From contig OZ287755.1 in NCBI GenBank assembly GCA_965649765.1, positions 11,718,001 to 11,782,000 on the forward strand: a DNA stretch of 64,000 bases. Direction: 5' to 3'. Below the pieces are notes generated by a model. It had not been told where the DNA came from. It searched no databases and saw nothing but the letters and a program-made list of their open reading frames with translations. Positions 35,920 through 51,600 of this stretch are shown piece by piece; the first letter of the stretch is position 1; each line of letters starts with the position of its first letter. The stretch is from Bispira polyomma. Lineage: Eukaryota. Made by a program: the position numbers and the translations under genes.

Positions 35920-38444
35920 CATGTATGAAAAAGAATGTAGGAGACGCATGTAAAGAAATACCAAGTTATACAGGTATACAATTAATTAAATTTTAAATTA
36001 CAATTTGTCAAATATAGTTTTTTGGACACATTTTGGTATACAAAGTCTTTACATACAGAGTACAAAAATATTCAAATGGCGACCATTTTGAATTTTTGAG
36101 AATTTTCAAGCCTACTAACACAAGTCGAGCATTGTTTTACCTTCCGATTTGATTGCGTGCATTGTAAAGCAGCATCAGTGGATCAGTTTACACAGAGAAT
36201 CATAACATGTCTACATGTCTTAGGTGACACAGTGGAATCATAATGTCCACATGTCACAACAAATAAATGACACTTTCTGAGCGGAAGTGTCAATACTAAA
36301 TACAAGAATAAATACTAGAATAAATCATTAGCCCAAACCAATGGGGACATAAAGGGTTCCTGCCAAAATCCCCACTGCCAGGGAAAAAGGCCAAAGACTT
36401 GCCATTCTGAATTATAAATCTCAGGTGCCCGGAGGGAAATTTCCGCTCTCCCTATGTCCCAAAAAGGCAAGCAAACCTGATATAGGCCATATAGAGCTGA
36501 GCAGTGTGTGATGTAAACAATACAAATACAATTTTAAAATAAAATTGATAAAACTTTGTATTTAAGTACAACTTTTGTATTCAAGTACAATGCACCTAAA
36601 TAAAAGGCTTGACAAAATTATTGATTTTAAACTAAAGATGTGTTAGCTTAGCCGTTGACCATCTAATAAAAATCACCTTTACATGCTGATTTCTTCTTTT
36701 GGATGAATTGTTCCTTTTTGTTTAAGATTGTCCCATTTCTGATGACAATTCTTCCCGGTCCTGATGGCAACACCCACTGCATTCACCCTGATTTGTAAGA
36801 ATGATGATAATTAGTCAAAGTTCAATATTTTCATTTACAGCTGATACTGAAGGGGGGAATCCGAGGATATTCTCATTGATTTACCACGAGTAGGAAAAGA
36901 GTTGTCTGCCACCGTGGTAACCACAATTGATTTTGACACTTGTGTAATATCTGTGCATAGAATCATTCTGTGAGTTAGTGATCATAAGGCATGATAAGCA
37001 AAAATAATATATTAGTACTTCCTGGCATAGCAGCATGACTCTAATATAATATACTGACTTGTTGCACACACTGTATTTGTCCTTCTGTGTAAACATTCTA
37101 GAAAATTTCCCCACTAGTTTATCATAACACAGCAGCAATTTCATCCAGGAGGATATAGACTTCTTTCTTGGTCCAGCATTTTTCTTTGATTATTAAAGCT
37201 ACCGTTACCTCTGTCAACTCAGCCATGTTCACTCCTATGATTTAATAGTTGCAGAATCAGGTCATCTGTAACAGTACATTAGGACTTTCTCTTTACAATA
37301 TTGTCATGAATATCTGGCATACTGATTCAGTTTCTACATTTATTTTAACTAGATGTTGTCTCATATCATGGTTAAATGTTTTATCTGTTAAAAGTAAGTA
37401 GCCACCTGGTGAGAATAGTAACAAATAGTCAAGCAAGACTAGTATTTTAGACTTGACCCTTTCACGAAGGATTTAAGACTGTTGCTAGACTTTTGTATTA
37501 TCAGATAAGAAGGTAAAATGTCATGGTATTTCTAGCATTTTAGAAATAAGGTGGACTTTATTCATTGTTAAGTCTGTGACTTCTAAAATATACGAAAGAA
37601 AAAACTATTCCAGAATTTATGTTTGAATAACGTTCCCTCATTTATATCTATGTAATCAATTGTCTTGAACCAACAATCATTATTTATAAACAGAATTAAA
37701 CACTAACTAGGGGAACTAACTCTAGACAGATTTGCATTGTACAACTAATTTAGCTACTTTGCAGAATGCATGTGACTAAGACTAAGCTTATCTAAGGCAA
37801 TAATATCTTTGCCGAATGGGGCTGAGGCTAAGCATGTGTTTAGTGTAAGATCTTTATTTCTTGGAATATGTAAAATATTAAAGTGGTGATGTAGAATTAT
37901 TAATAAATAATACTATTTAATATACTCTTTAAATAGACTGAATAGCTCTTAAAGTAAGGAGATTTATATGAAAAGTGAGATGTGACCATTACAATGAGCA
38001 ACTAAAAATCAATACACAGCAAACACTCAGTTATACCTAGCTGCTCCATAATTAGGTGTATGTTCAAACATATTATATTGTGTAACTTCAATATCCGAGA
38101 ATGCCTTACTGGATATTGTATGCAATCTAATCATAAAAAAACATTCAAAACATGTATATATTGTGTAACTTCAATATCCGAGAATGCTTACTGAATATTG
38201 TATGCAATCTGATTATAAAAAAAACATTCAAAATATGTAAATATGAGGAATTTAGAAATAAGAATGTAATAGTCCCCACACCTGTAAAACTCTTCATGTA
38301 TTAACGGTAATTATTACTGGCAACTAGAAGCATATACCTAATGTTCGGCACTAATAGACATTGTGGCTGTGTTGGAGTTAAAAATACTGCAAATGTAAGT
38401 GGATCATAATAAAGATTATTGAAGTTTTCATTCTTTATCAAGAA

Positions 38445-41400
38445 ATGGAGGAGTTTATTTGTTATATTAGCCAATTTTGTGACAAGCCTATGTCAATTAC
38501 AATCAGAAGATTAATGGAGAATTTTCTGAAGGAATGTGTCACTGTGGCTCAAAAAGTGAATGACAAAGGTGTCCTGAGACTGCTTAAGATAATACAGGTC
38601 CCTGTTAAAAGTGACTCTAAAAACAAAACAATACGGTTTAAATTGATAAAGAACTGGTTTGTCATGACTGTGATGCTTTTTAGACCCATGAGGGAAGTCT
38701 ACCTTTCACTGCTTGATCGTGCTGAATTCACCACTGGAGATGTACTATCAGACCTACATTGTTGTGACAGCTTATTGGAGTTGAATGCAAGGGATATGGA
38801 CAATCTCAACTTGTACTACGGACTCACTCATTTTGATGTGAATGTTAATGACAGCTTGTCAAATAATTTTCCTTTCTTACACCACTTTGCCATGTCTGGC
38901 TCAGTGCCTTACCTACAGTTGTTACTTGAGAGAGGTGCTGAAATCAACAGCAGGGAGCCAATCTCTGGCATGACAGCTCTAATGCTAGCTGCGCGGTTTG
39001 GAGATTACAGTATGGTTAAGTTTTTATTAGATTCCAATGCTGATCCTTCCCTTGTAGATTACAACAAAGACTCAGTATTCACTTGTGCCTTTCTTCATAG
39101 CAGTGATATGACCTTTGAGCTATTACTTGATAAACTGCTTGAAAGAGACCCTACTGTAGATATTACATGATATTGCATGACAGCTCTAATGCTAGCTGCG
39201 CGGTTTGGAGATTACAGTATGGTTAAGTTTTTATTAGATTCCAATGCTGATCCTTCCCTTGTAGATTACAACAAAGACTCAGTATTCACTTGTGCCTTTC
39301 TTCATAGCAGTGATATGACCTTTGAGCTATTACTTGATAAACTGCTTGAAAGAGACCCTACTGTAGATATTACAGTGCTCCTGAAGCTCAACGAATATGA
39401 AAACTCTTTCATAGTGACACTGGACAAAAGCACTAACAAATATATGTTAGCTATTGTGAGTAGATGGAGAAAATACTGGATTAAGCATTACAGGTACAGC
39501 GAAGCCTTTTGGCCAATTGTGGAGTATATTTGTGATGATAAAGATGTCCTTACCTTTTTCCTACAGAAGGCAACAATGAGAAATGATTATTGAATGGTGA
39601 AACTACTTCTCCGAGTACTATTTCGCGAGAAGAATAACAAAAGGCATCCATATGTCATAAGTGGTTTTGAGAATGCACTTTTAAGTGGCTGTGATGGTAA
39701 GGTGTTACAACAGTACAGATTCACAAATACAGGCAGTATTTGGTTTTGGTACGTATCAAATAATTTATTCCTAATAATTTGCAGTCTCTATATAGTGGCA
39801 GTAATTTAAGTGACAAATGTTTGGCTATTAACCTGAAAATATATTCAATATGCAATTTGATTAGTGAAGATCAATCAAAGATTGTTTGTAATTTCTCCAA
39901 ATAAGACAACAGGTAGTCAATATAAACAATAACTATGCTACAATAGCCTTATGTGTGTATATTTGTCACATAAGTAAACCTTGATTTATTATCTTCACAG
40001 GGAATTTGTACTGCTCAGTGCTATTTTGACAGAAAAGATCCATTGTCAACAAAGACACCTATCACAACTCACCATCAAATATCACAGTAATCTATTTGTT
40101 CTCTACTGTGCATATTGGCACGATCTCATGGGTGGTGTCATTGGAGTCATCATTGATGTTGGACTAGAAAGCCATTTTAGAAAATACCTTTCAGTGTACC
40201 ACTACTCTAATCTATTCATCAAAGAGTTCCAAGGACTGCTATGTTTTAATATGGTCATGCAAAACCCTTTGCTGTGGAAGTATTTCTATGAAGACTGCAT
40301 CAAAGATACCCTCTTTCAAAGTTTATCTGACAAAAATTTGCTTGAAACCGCTTACTCTTTTGCTGAGTGGTACCATGCTACTCCTAGAAATGATACAGCA
40401 TATCCTGCCATTACAAGAAAGGAATCTTGCTCTAGTCTAGACATAAAAGGCAGAAATAAAGTCGACCTTGCCTAATTGATGCAAAAAAGATACGTAAGTG
40501 GTGTATGCAAAGTATCAAGACTCCAAGAAGAACAATATATTCAGAAATGCTTAGTTGAACTTCTTTCTAATTTGTCATCACAAATTCAAAATAGTTCTGA
40601 AGGCACAGAGGTTGGCTATCCTGGTGAACGTGACTTTGATTTTTGCCCTATATTAACTGGCAGCTCCGCTGAAGGCACAAAGGTTGAATATGCCGATGAA
40701 TATGACTTTCTTTTACACATGTTTAAGCTAGAGGGCATATTAATGACTGTACCTTTTCCACCAAAATGCAATCACTGTCTGTCAACATCGACAGAAATGG
40801 TGAAATGGTTCATGTGGGTCATTTAATCCAGCTTTTTGTAGATATTGTCAACAGAGAACTGGATGTTTATCATTTTCCAGAGGGATTTTTCCTGAAAAGG
40901 AAGATAGTTCACATGATTTGAAACCACTGACTTTTGTTGTTCACTAGAGAGGACAAAGATTTTTGGATCTTGCAATAACCATTGACATTGTTCCAGCGTT
41001 TGAAATTTCTTCATAAACATTGCTGAAAATAAACAGAAGCATAAGACGCTCTGTTGAAGAACAAGATATTTACGTCATACCAAAATGTGTAGGCTACCAA
41101 GACACAGATTTACGCTTGTCTTTCTCAATTCATTAGCTTGAGATGTTAAAAAGTGTTCCAGTATATATTAAAGATGGATATAAGCTGGCTAAAGCAATGA
41201 GACATAAGGAAATATGTCCATCAGTGGAGGTGAGGAGAGGAAGGTATGTTGACGCCCTGGAATCTATATCATCCTACATGTTAAAAACGTGTCTTTTACA
41301 TGCGATTAAAGACTTACTGATCAGACCTTCCCCTCAGAGGCTTTCTGAAGACACTATCCTCTATAGTTTAAGTGTGGATTGGGCATTACAGATATATCAG

Positions 41401-41619
41401 AAAATGAAGCTATTCCTTCAAAATAGTGATGGCTCAATACCCAACTATTACGTGTTGAGAGCAGATATTTGCTCAAGATATGAAATGTGCAATAAGAGAG
41501 GGGAGAATGAGACAGAATTGCTGCAGGAAGATTCGACAATTGTCCTGTTTTTCGTTGACACTATCATACAGCTATTGGAGCGGATCATCAAAATGTATCA
41601 ACACACTGGTACACATTAA
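38445..41619 (+). pseudogene. ANK-cGLR copy 3: full-length pseudogene (exons 38445-39748 and 40001-41619)
   Basis: Colinear with copy 1. Internal 200-bp duplication with TGA 39168, TGA 39591, TAA 40473, a frameshift near 40740 and further stops. Confidence 0.93.
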
Positions 41620-44029
41620 ACATGTACCATCTCTGCTGTGGAAATTACAACACCAATTAGAGTATCAAATACAGGACAGAAATAATTCCATTGTAAAGCA
41701 GACAATTTACAAGTGATTTTAAGTTCCTTTGTCGAGTGCTTTTAGTAATTTTACGTGTAAATGTATGTACAGTTTTAAAGATGATGCTACTGGAACGTCT
41801 GCAAATGTCAAAACACTTGATATTGGTTAGAGGCCACATAAAAGCAGACTACTATTTCAGACTGATATATTACAGATTGTGTTTTGCAAATAAAAAGATG
41901 ATGTTTGATAAAAGGTGTTTACATGTTACATCAGGAAATCAGGTAATCTGTAATGTTACCAGGTCAAGCAAACAAGAAGAGATTTGTTATTTCAGGGGCT
42001 GCACTGACCATGCTAACCCTGTGTGTGATTACCTCGTAAAGTTACACAATATATAAAATATATATCTTAAACATACAAACTTATTTCATTGTGAACTGTC
42101 AAACTTGCATTGTGACGTCACAATAGACAGAAGGTTTTTTAATGTAATAAATGTTAATCATTTTAGGGCTTTTGGGGTATTTTTTCTTTTTATTCGATTT
42201 TAAGCTCGATAATGATAACGATAATAAAATATTGTGTGTGCTAATAGTAAAACCTTACGTGTGGTGTGTATTATGAACATGTCTAGCTCAAGGAGACAAA
42301 ATACGGACAACACTGCCCTGACAGGCTCGTTTTGTAATGGTTTGTCTTATTTAATTATATAATTTATTCATACTTACCGGTCATGTGGTTTTACTATTAA
42401 ATTAGTATTAGACATATAAAAAGATATATATGTTGCAGGCAATCTGTCTATTACAGGCAATCTGCCTGGAATTTTCAGGCATTTCTAGTAATCATCCCTG
42501 ATTCACTTAAATGCCAAACAATTTCAGTGTTTCATTACACAAATTGCATAACAACATTTCAGGCAATTTGTGTAATAAGATTTGGTACTACAATTCGTAC
42601 ATTAATTATGAAATATGTTTATATGTCAATGGGAAATGCGTTCATTTTTCAGTTTAATATTTTAAAGTGGAGGAAGTGAAATAAAAGTATAAAAAACAAA
42701 CATCAATCCCAACTTATTTTGTAATTAGTTAAGAATGAGATTATAATTGATATAGTATATAGTAATAAAGGTTTGTATTGCTTGCTTAAAATAGGTTTTC
42801 TAAAACCTTAAAACCTATTATTGATAGTGACAATGCTAAACTCAATTGCATTCCAACGTATCTTTTTCTAAGCAGTGGTGGTACATGAGACCAATTAGAT
42901 AATAGATCCAAAAATAATTAATAGAGACTTTGAAGTAACTCTTAGTGTTTAAGCACAACTATTTCCTACAATAACCTAAAGCTAAATTTATAAATAACTT
43001 TTCTTTTTCTGGGATTTTTGCATTGTATTATGAATATTGTTGTACAGCATTGTATTTATCTATAAAAGGATTAAGTATGACTTTTAATAAATTATTTTTG
43101 AAGGTATTTTTAAAGCACTAATTGTTGACCCAAATCTGAAGTTTTAAAAAGGATTAAGGATTAAAATCAATAACTTCATTGAAGTGTTTCTTAAAGCATT
43201 TTTCTTTGTATGCAGTGGCCTCACTGAGTGGTTCACCCCCGAGTGGGAATTTGAATACTTTGAAGTGCTTTGAAGGCCGTTGAATGGTTTTCAGTGAAAT
43301 AATTAAAATTAAAAAAAGAATACATGAAGAGAATTAAAAGCCTAAGTAATAAATATGGTCAAACTTTGTGTGGAATACTATTAATTGCAATCAGGTTTGC
43401 CAGCTGTAAGGGTTTATAAAAGGTGGCCACATGGGTAATGCTTCATTATAATCTATATCTGAAACAGTCATTATTGTTGAAGAGCAACCAGATAAACCAA
43501 CTCAAACTCAAACACAGGCTGTATCTACAACCAACCAGACAACCTAAGCCTTTAAATCTAAAATTTCCAGACATTTTGCGAAATGCCTAATTACACAGAT
43601 TGCATGTATCCCTTTTTACTTTAGTGGATATTTTGAAATTTACTTCAAGATTGTACTGATAGCCTGTCAAAAAGAGGCACATGGTGATACCAATTATTGC
43701 ACTGATTATTAAGGTTGCAGGATGTGTTGCAATTCTCAGACCACCCTCCCCTCCCCCCTGTTGAAGTAAATTAAAATGCAAAACTAGGGAGCCAGTAGAC
43801 TTCAGTTGGTAATTAGGGACTGACTTGCCCTGTGTCAGATGTGCTTCATAATGATACAATATCTACTTATTTACATTTGTGCATGTCAAAGCAAGAGATA
43901 GATTTGGTGCTATTACCATTTTCTGTGTAGGGTGTGCAACCAGTGAGACAAGGAACTTCTTTATCACATAGATGATATCTCAAAAATTACAAGAGTGGCT
44001 CAGATTACTACTTCAAATTTGAGTTCTCT

Positions 44030-45560
44030 GTCTTTAGATCATATCCCTATTGGCTTGCTAAATAAGTTTGTTAACTTTTTTATTATAATGTATTTTAAAC
44101 ACGTTTTATTTTTAATGGTAGGCATCTTCTAACAGCAACAGCAGAATCAATGATCCAATTGTGAAGTCCATCGGGAAAGCAAGGTTGTAAGGACACATAT
44201 GGGGGTGTATAGGAGGGAACTAGGGTAGTTAGGCAAGGTTAAAAAGATAGCCTCTGAGGTCAATTGGGAGACTATTTCATAACAAGGGAGCTGCAATGGT
44301 AAAACCACCTTCCTGGTGGATCTAATAGAAGAAACAGAGAACTTCTGTAAAAAAAGAATAACAAGGAAGGGATGTGAAGATAGGTTTTTTCGCTTTGGTC
44401 CATTCATAGCGGTTTGTGGGGGGAAGGGTTTTAGAGACCCAAGAAGATGCACAGATCTTGTCTCTCAATTTGTTTCAATCAGGTTAATGTTTCAATCAGG
44501 TTACTGAAAGAGAGAAGGGAAGCGAGGTAGGAGGGCTGTTTAGTGACCACAGCCTTGAATAAGGTAATGTAAATTTTATAATGTAAATTTTGAACAAGAT
44601 TCTAGAGTGAATGGGAAGCTACTGTAGTTTTTTAAATCATCCTGCATAGGTAGTTTTAAATGGACAAGAGCTTTCTGCTATGTAACTTGTTTAGTCCAGA
44701 AAGGAGAGTTGCAGTAGTCAAGACTACTCACAAGAGAATTAGCCACAGTGTCTAGTGACGGCCACTGTTTTCTTGCGGTCCAATGCAAGATTGATATTAT
44801 GGAAAATCTGATAGAAAAAAGGGACCATCCGATAGAAAATATGTTGGTTATGGGTGTATCAAATGATGATTTAGTACAACGCCATTGAAGCTCTTGGTCC
44901 ATTCATAGCTGTTTGTGGGGGAAAGGGACCCAAGAAGATGCACAGATCTTGTCTCTCAGTTTGTCAATATTGGTTTTTCTAATATTTCGTTATTTCATTA
45001 CACAAGGTCCTGGTAAATTTAGATAGGCAAAGGTTGCTAGATGATGCAAAACCCCTTCAGTGACCCAGATTTCACTGATCCAATTGGAATTCGGGCAATT
45101 ACCAGATCAAGTATGTGATTGTGGAGGTGGGTAAGACTGGAGATGAGCTGTGAGAAATTAAAAGTACAATAAAACCTCTATTTTACGTACATCTTGGGAG
45201 AGTGAAAATTTGTTTGGATAATAGAATGTCTGTAAAATAGAAGTGGCATTTTAGTATGAAACAATAGCAAAAAAATAAGTTTGGGAGAGTGACATTGAGC
45301 TAGTACAATCAAATATTTGGATACTAGATGGTTGGATAATAGAGGTTCTACTGTATTAAGTAGGCTGTTGAAGTCTTTTGTTGCGGTGCTTTTTATGTCA
45401 AACTTAATGTTGAAATCACCAAGGATAATAGCTTCAAATGGGAGAAGGTTAAGGGTTTTTAGGAATTCTGAAAACTCGAATTACAAAACTTGAGTAAAGG
45501 TGACTAGAGAAGGCATGGGTGACGGGTAAAAAGAGGAAATAACGAAAACAGGAATGACAA
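44030..45560 (-). mobile_element. Degraded L2/CR1-group LINE fragments
   Basis: TVANSLVSSLDYCNS in the minus-strand translation near 44707-44752; an ILGDFNI-like endonuclease motif near 45405-45430; heavily rearranged. Confidence 0.6.
45167..45353. mobile_element. MITE with TA flanks (Tc1/mariner-like)
   Basis: ta|caataaaacctctatt...aatagaggttctactg|ta; related fragments near 47360-47920. Confidence 0.65.
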
Positions 45561-46299
45561 TTTGAAATTTTGCATGTGATGGATTCAAAATTTTAAGTAA
45601 ATTAATGTAAATTAATATGGAATACAAATGTGTAAGGAATTTAGAGGGGCTCAGATTAATCTCAACCTATGGAAGAAGTGAAGAAAATGTTAAATACACT
45701 ATGAAAGTGTATGTATTTTGTGTATATGTTGTGAGCAAAACCAGACAATAAAACACTGAAGATTAACTTGAATACAATTATCAACAATAAAACATTTGAC
45801 CTTGGATGTATGGATTTTACCTTATATAAGCCTTGCTAAGATTTTATCTCAGTAAATATTTGTAAAAGTAAAAGTATTTTATCAAAGGGTAATTTTTCTC
45901 AAATGTTTTGCACATAAAATGAAGTACTACAGATATACTATAGATTTACATATTTACATGGTAACTGTTCCAGGAATGAGAGTTTACTGAGAATGAATAG
46001 TTGTTTCAAAATTAAATACATACATCCCAAGAATGTCTGGAGGTTTTGTGCCTATTTTATAGCATTACCCACACAGATTATATGAATGGTATACCATACT
46101 CTTTAAAGTGTCAACAGCAAATCATTGTCAAAATGCCAATGTGTAGTTTTGGCCCATGTTTTTGGTGCTCCATAGTGCTGACTAGAAATCAATGGCGGTA
46201 TACCAAAGTGTATTTTGTGGCCATTTTGTAATACCCTGGAAGGCTGACTGGGAATCACTGTTAAAGTGCTAATGCGGTAAGTTGGAAAGTAAGTTGAAA

Positions 46300-46503
46300 A
46301 TTACTTTCAACCTAAAGTATAGGTCATATCACAACAGTCAGTTTTACTGGTGGGAGAAAGCATACTAGTTCGTCAAGAATCTGTGCCGTAAACCACAGGC
46401 CATTGCCAAGTAACTGGTAACTTTCCCACACAAAGCTTCACCGTAGAACCCACCACCGTAGAAGTGGGCGGCAAGTGAGTTAACCACTATGCCACCAAGA
46501 CCC
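46300..46503 (-). mobile_element. tRNA-derived SINE, second family
   Basis: The minus strand starts gggtcttggtggcatagtggttaactc (A-box-like) and shares the tgtgggaaag core with family 1; fragments also near 46960-47140. Confidence 0.65.
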
Positions 46504-48699
46504 ATTAAGTGATGTCACGGTTACGTAAAAAATGTACTCTGTGACATCAATACCTTATGCCTTATATTTCTTTACCCATTGAGTTGGTGAATGTGAAATA
46601 CACAGAAATATAATGGTTAGTTATGGTCAGTGTCCTGTAATAATAAACAACAGAGATAACAAACATCCATACAGTGGTAGATATGTGGACTAAATAGTCA
46701 CCAGAACAAAGCTTTGACTAGATCATTGAACAACTGATAGTAAAGAAATATATTTTACACTTTAGAAATTTGTACCTGATTTTGGTTTGTGCATCACTTT
46801 GTACATATTTTGGTCATTTTGAGACCACTACATTTTTTGACAGAGGACCAGTAGTGCAGTAAACCTGAAAGCAGTGTTTTTTTTATAAAGTAAATGACTT
46901 AAATTTCGGCAAAGTGAACAGGAATATTTAATAAAATTGAATATTTGCTGTAAATCATATGCCTACGGCAAGTACCTGGAAAAGCTTTCCCAAATGAATT
47001 TAGAATGGAGTGGAAGAAAACCAGGGCTAAAGCACTAAAAAAAACATCCGCCTACAGCAAGTACCTGACAATATTTCCCACATAATGGAAGAAGTTGGAC
47101 TATAACCCACTGTCCTGAGAGGTGAGAGGCCTTGTGATACTTACAAAACACTAGTGTCTGTATTTTCGAAATATTTCAATTTCAACTCACACTCAAATCT
47201 GAATTTCACATATTCTGGCTAGAATTAAGTGAGGTGAAATCTGACTGCATATTTTAATTTAGCACTGAAATGTCTATCAAAATGAATGGTCATTACTAGA
47301 GATTTAATATACAAGGACTTTACACAAAACATATATTTGAGTTTAATCTAATATTTCATCGTCTCTACTATCCAAACAAGTCTTTTTTTTTAAATAACAT
47401 GGATTAACAAGCAGGCAAGACAAGATAATGAAATCATTAAACAAATCTTTACGTTTACCAGCAGGTCTCCAAACAGCATTCAATAAAAACCCTAATATCC
47501 AAACTTTTTTATATTGTCTGAATATTCAATTTGATGAACTCCTTTCTACTCTCCCCAAATTGATGTTATTGTGTGTATACCAAATGCCACCCCTATTTTA
47601 TTAACCTTCTATTATCCTAACAAAATCCTGCTTTCCCAGTGTGATTAGATAATAGTGGTTATACTACAATACAAGCATTGTTAACCTAAAAAAAGTATGG
47701 CATGCTAAAGTAGTTATGAAGTCAACAGATTAGGTTTTCGAAAACAATTTAGTTAAGTTTATGTAGATGCTTAAGTAAAATAGAATCTCTATTATCAAAG
47801 CTTCTGTTGTCTGTTTGATGAACTCATCTTCACTCTCCCAAATTTATATCTTCAAATCGTCTAACATAGCAATACCTATTCTCTTTTTATGAACCTTCTA
47901 TTATCTGAACAAAATTGTGGTGTCTCAAATCAGTAATCCAGTAATTGAAAATAATGCACCAGTGTGCTTCGCCCTCATATTTTATCCCAAAAATAATTGT
48001 ATATCCCAATCATGGGTAACTCCTAAACCCTTTCAATCCTAAGATAAAACTATCGCCCGGAGCTAAAGAAAATTTTATGTTTTGGAGGATAATTGGTTTC
48101 TTATAGCTGGTGTCACTAAAACTCGCACTGCAGACTACTTCTGGCAATTAATAACAGCTTTGCCTATTAACTGAAGGATTTGCTTTACCATTTCCTATTG
48201 TGAAGAACTAAAGGAAAATAAAGAATTTTTGGGGCCTGTCGATTGCTTGCCGACAGACATAGGTCATGGGAGTAACAAATGCTGATGACTGTTAGTCGTA
48301 CTAATATTCGCACAATGCAGTAGTGTCGCCATATACACTTATCACATATATGTTGAGAAGTCCTCCACATTGCTGTGTAAATCCGTCAGATTGTCTGGCT
48401 AAAGTAAATTTACCATATAGGAGACTTTCTTGGCATTCACCCTGCTGTAGGTGTTACCAAACCTCAGCACGTCTATGCAACAGTTAGAGTGACATGTGTA
48501 TAAATCTAAACAACATACAATAAATGTAAAACAGATACACCCAGCCCACCAGAGAGCTTATAAGTTACTTTAACCTGATACAATCAATCATGCGTGTGGT
48601 GATATACAATATGTGACAGGATATAGTCATTATTTACTCTTGTAAGGTTAAAGATGTAACCATGGCGATTTAGTTCTGTCCAAAAGGTCAAAGATAGGT

Positions 48700-51600
48700 T
48701 GCCTTTACAAGTTTCAGATCCACTTTGCTGAACACAGTAAAAAAACTTTTGAGAATTTTAATGTGTACATATTAGTAAGGATATATACACGGTCGAATAG
48801 TATCACAGAGGTATACATTTAAAATTTTAAAAATCTCAAGCCAAACTAAGAAAATTTTGTAATAACAGAGACAAAAGTAAGCGATACTACTGAAGCATCC
48901 TTGTGAGTTGAATTAAGGTATGTCCCTACTGCTAAAAAACCTCCATAATGTGACATTATATTTTGAAGGGAACATTGTTATTAAAAGCAAAATTGGCACC
49001 AGATGTGCGAAATGTGTGGAAACTGTGCGATTGTACTGGTATGCCTAAAGGAATAACTACTTTCCTGAGAGCATTTCGGACATGTGAATCTACAATAGTA
49101 TTATGTGAAGCTGTACAGGCTCCAAATAGAGTTAAGAGTTAAACATTTTTGTGCTGTAACTGGGCACCATACATGATTGTCTAGCTGAGGGATTTGTATG
49201 ATGTGTGCTTGGTCCTTGTTCTGTAAGTTGTTGGCCCATTTTATAATAATGTGGGTCCCTGGAGAGCCAAATATTATATCCTTCTGAAATAAATATCGGT
49301 AAGGATCAAATGTTGAAGTAGAATGTGATGCCAGATTAGACATCCTGAGGAGTCCGAAAAATGCCAAATGAGAATTGCCTTATATAATGGTGGATCATCA
49401 AGACTTTTGAAATCAGAGCCGGATGCGAATCTCAAAGATTTCTTTTGGGATGTGGTTTAAAGTGTTAAGTATGTTTCAGGCTTCTAAGATACAATGCAAT
49501 GCTATTATGTGGGAAAATTGACAAATTCCACTCAAATTTGTTTGCCATAAATTTTATGGCTGCGAGGTAGTTATTAATCACTTTGGGTAAAATGTGATTT
49601 TGAAGCAAATATTCTAAGAAAGCTATATCGAAACTTCTTGAATGCCTGTAAAGTAGTGAAAAGCTAGAAATGTTTTGAATTGGTTGTTGTAAGCTGCTGC
49701 TGTTGAAGTTTGCGGTGCTGAACTAATTCTTTGGTAGGCTTTGTCCATCAGTTGTTGAGTGTGATGAGTTGCACCTAAAATCATATATGTAAATTTTAGT
49801 TAAAGTGTTGTATGGGTACTTGATGCCAGGTACATATATTTCCTCAATTATGTGTTTATTTGGTGGATTGTAGAATATAGTCTGGACAAAGCATCAGCGA
49901 TTGTGTTCTTCTTGCCCTGTATGTGCTGAAAAAAAACAGTGTGATGTCAAAAGTTGCTGTAATAAGCCAGATTGCATTTAAGCAGTCAGCTCGGAAAGTA
50001 TCTTTAGTCTTGTTCGAACCGACAACAAAAACTAAGGCCATGTTGTTGTAATTAATTAAAATTCTATGGTGAATCCACTGCTCGACCCTAGCGTGAAGCA
50101 CCACTATTATATTTACCATGTCCAGGTCTACAATGGTTATTTCTTGACCGTATACATTGTAAAATGGTGTAGCATATACTTGGTTCGCCCAGATAGCTCC
50201 AATTCTGGTTAAGCAAGAGTCTAGGTAAATTGTATCTATAGGACTAATTTCTAAAGGTTTAAATTTGCGAAGAAAATTCAAAAACCACTGTATGTCACTG
50301 CGGATGCTGTCAAATTCCATAAAGAGTATATTTATAAAAGCCCTGGCTAATCGCATGCACTGATGGACATACAGAAGTTTTCCTAGAATGGATTGGAATT
50401 TACTGCGCGATATCTGTAAATTTCCTTATATTATTCCAGAATAGTGCCCTCGTATGTGAACATCTATCCCTAAGCATGTCCCAACTATTAGGTGTAGATA
50501 GTTTGTGTTTGTTAATAGGAAGACCTAGATTGGTCATTAAATCATGCAAATCTGAATGCCGCGTTTGAGGCACCCCTAGGAGAGACGCAAATATAATCAT
50601 TGATGTATCAATTGACAGTGTCTCCCTTTTGACGTATGATGTCAGCATTGTTCAACTGAAGTAATTTTCACAGTGTCCATATCAGCTTCATAAAATTTTT
50701 AATTTGTGTCAGAAAGGGCTAGAAAGCTGTATTACTTATCAGGATTGTTGATATCAACAATTCTGGTTTTACTTAAGTCTCATTTGCTGCTGTCAGATTT
50801 TCTAGAGAAGTGTTAATCCAGAACAGATAGAAGCAAATATCAGATCACAACCAGCAGGTGCACTGCCATTATCAGCATACAACTGGTTAGAACATGCCTT
50901 TGTGTTATTTGTAACATTTGTGTCAGAATTAGTCAGTTTATCAATGATTTCCACAATATACTGACTGTATGACTGACCATACAATTTATGACATTTCTTG
51001 TCTTTCTGATACATGATAAATTCCTGTTTAGCATTCTGGATGCCTTTCCCGGTGTAATTATTTACATTTGTGTCAGAAACATTAGTCCCATGTTCCAAAT
51101 TGTCATCTTCAATGACATATAAGTTTGGAGGTTCCACCGTTTTTGTGGAGGGGTTGGTGTTTTGGTTTTTTTTTTCACTTCTTGAAATATTTGATTCTTT
51201 GGTTGTTGGAGAACTACCCATGCACTGTTTTTATTTGCTTATTTGAATTTGCTTCATAACATTTGTTACTTTAAGTGGGGGCTATCTTTGTGTAACGTTT
51301 GAGCACAGAACCAGCACTTATGTTTATATTGTCTGTGGTCAGCCTTGTATGAGCATCGACCAGAGTTGAAAAGCTTACATTTTCTTACCATCTTTAATCC
51401 TAAAACTACCTTTAGAATTTGAACCCTGGGAAATGTCACTCTGTGAATTTACCATAGCAGTGCGGGAGGCAGTTAGCCTCTTAATTTCCCACTGTGTGCT
51501 GCCCATCCATCCCAATCTACCTTCTTCCACACTTCATGCATATTTACTGCCTATGCATTTTTAACTACAGTCCAGGGGAGCGCTGTTTTCAACGTCAAGA

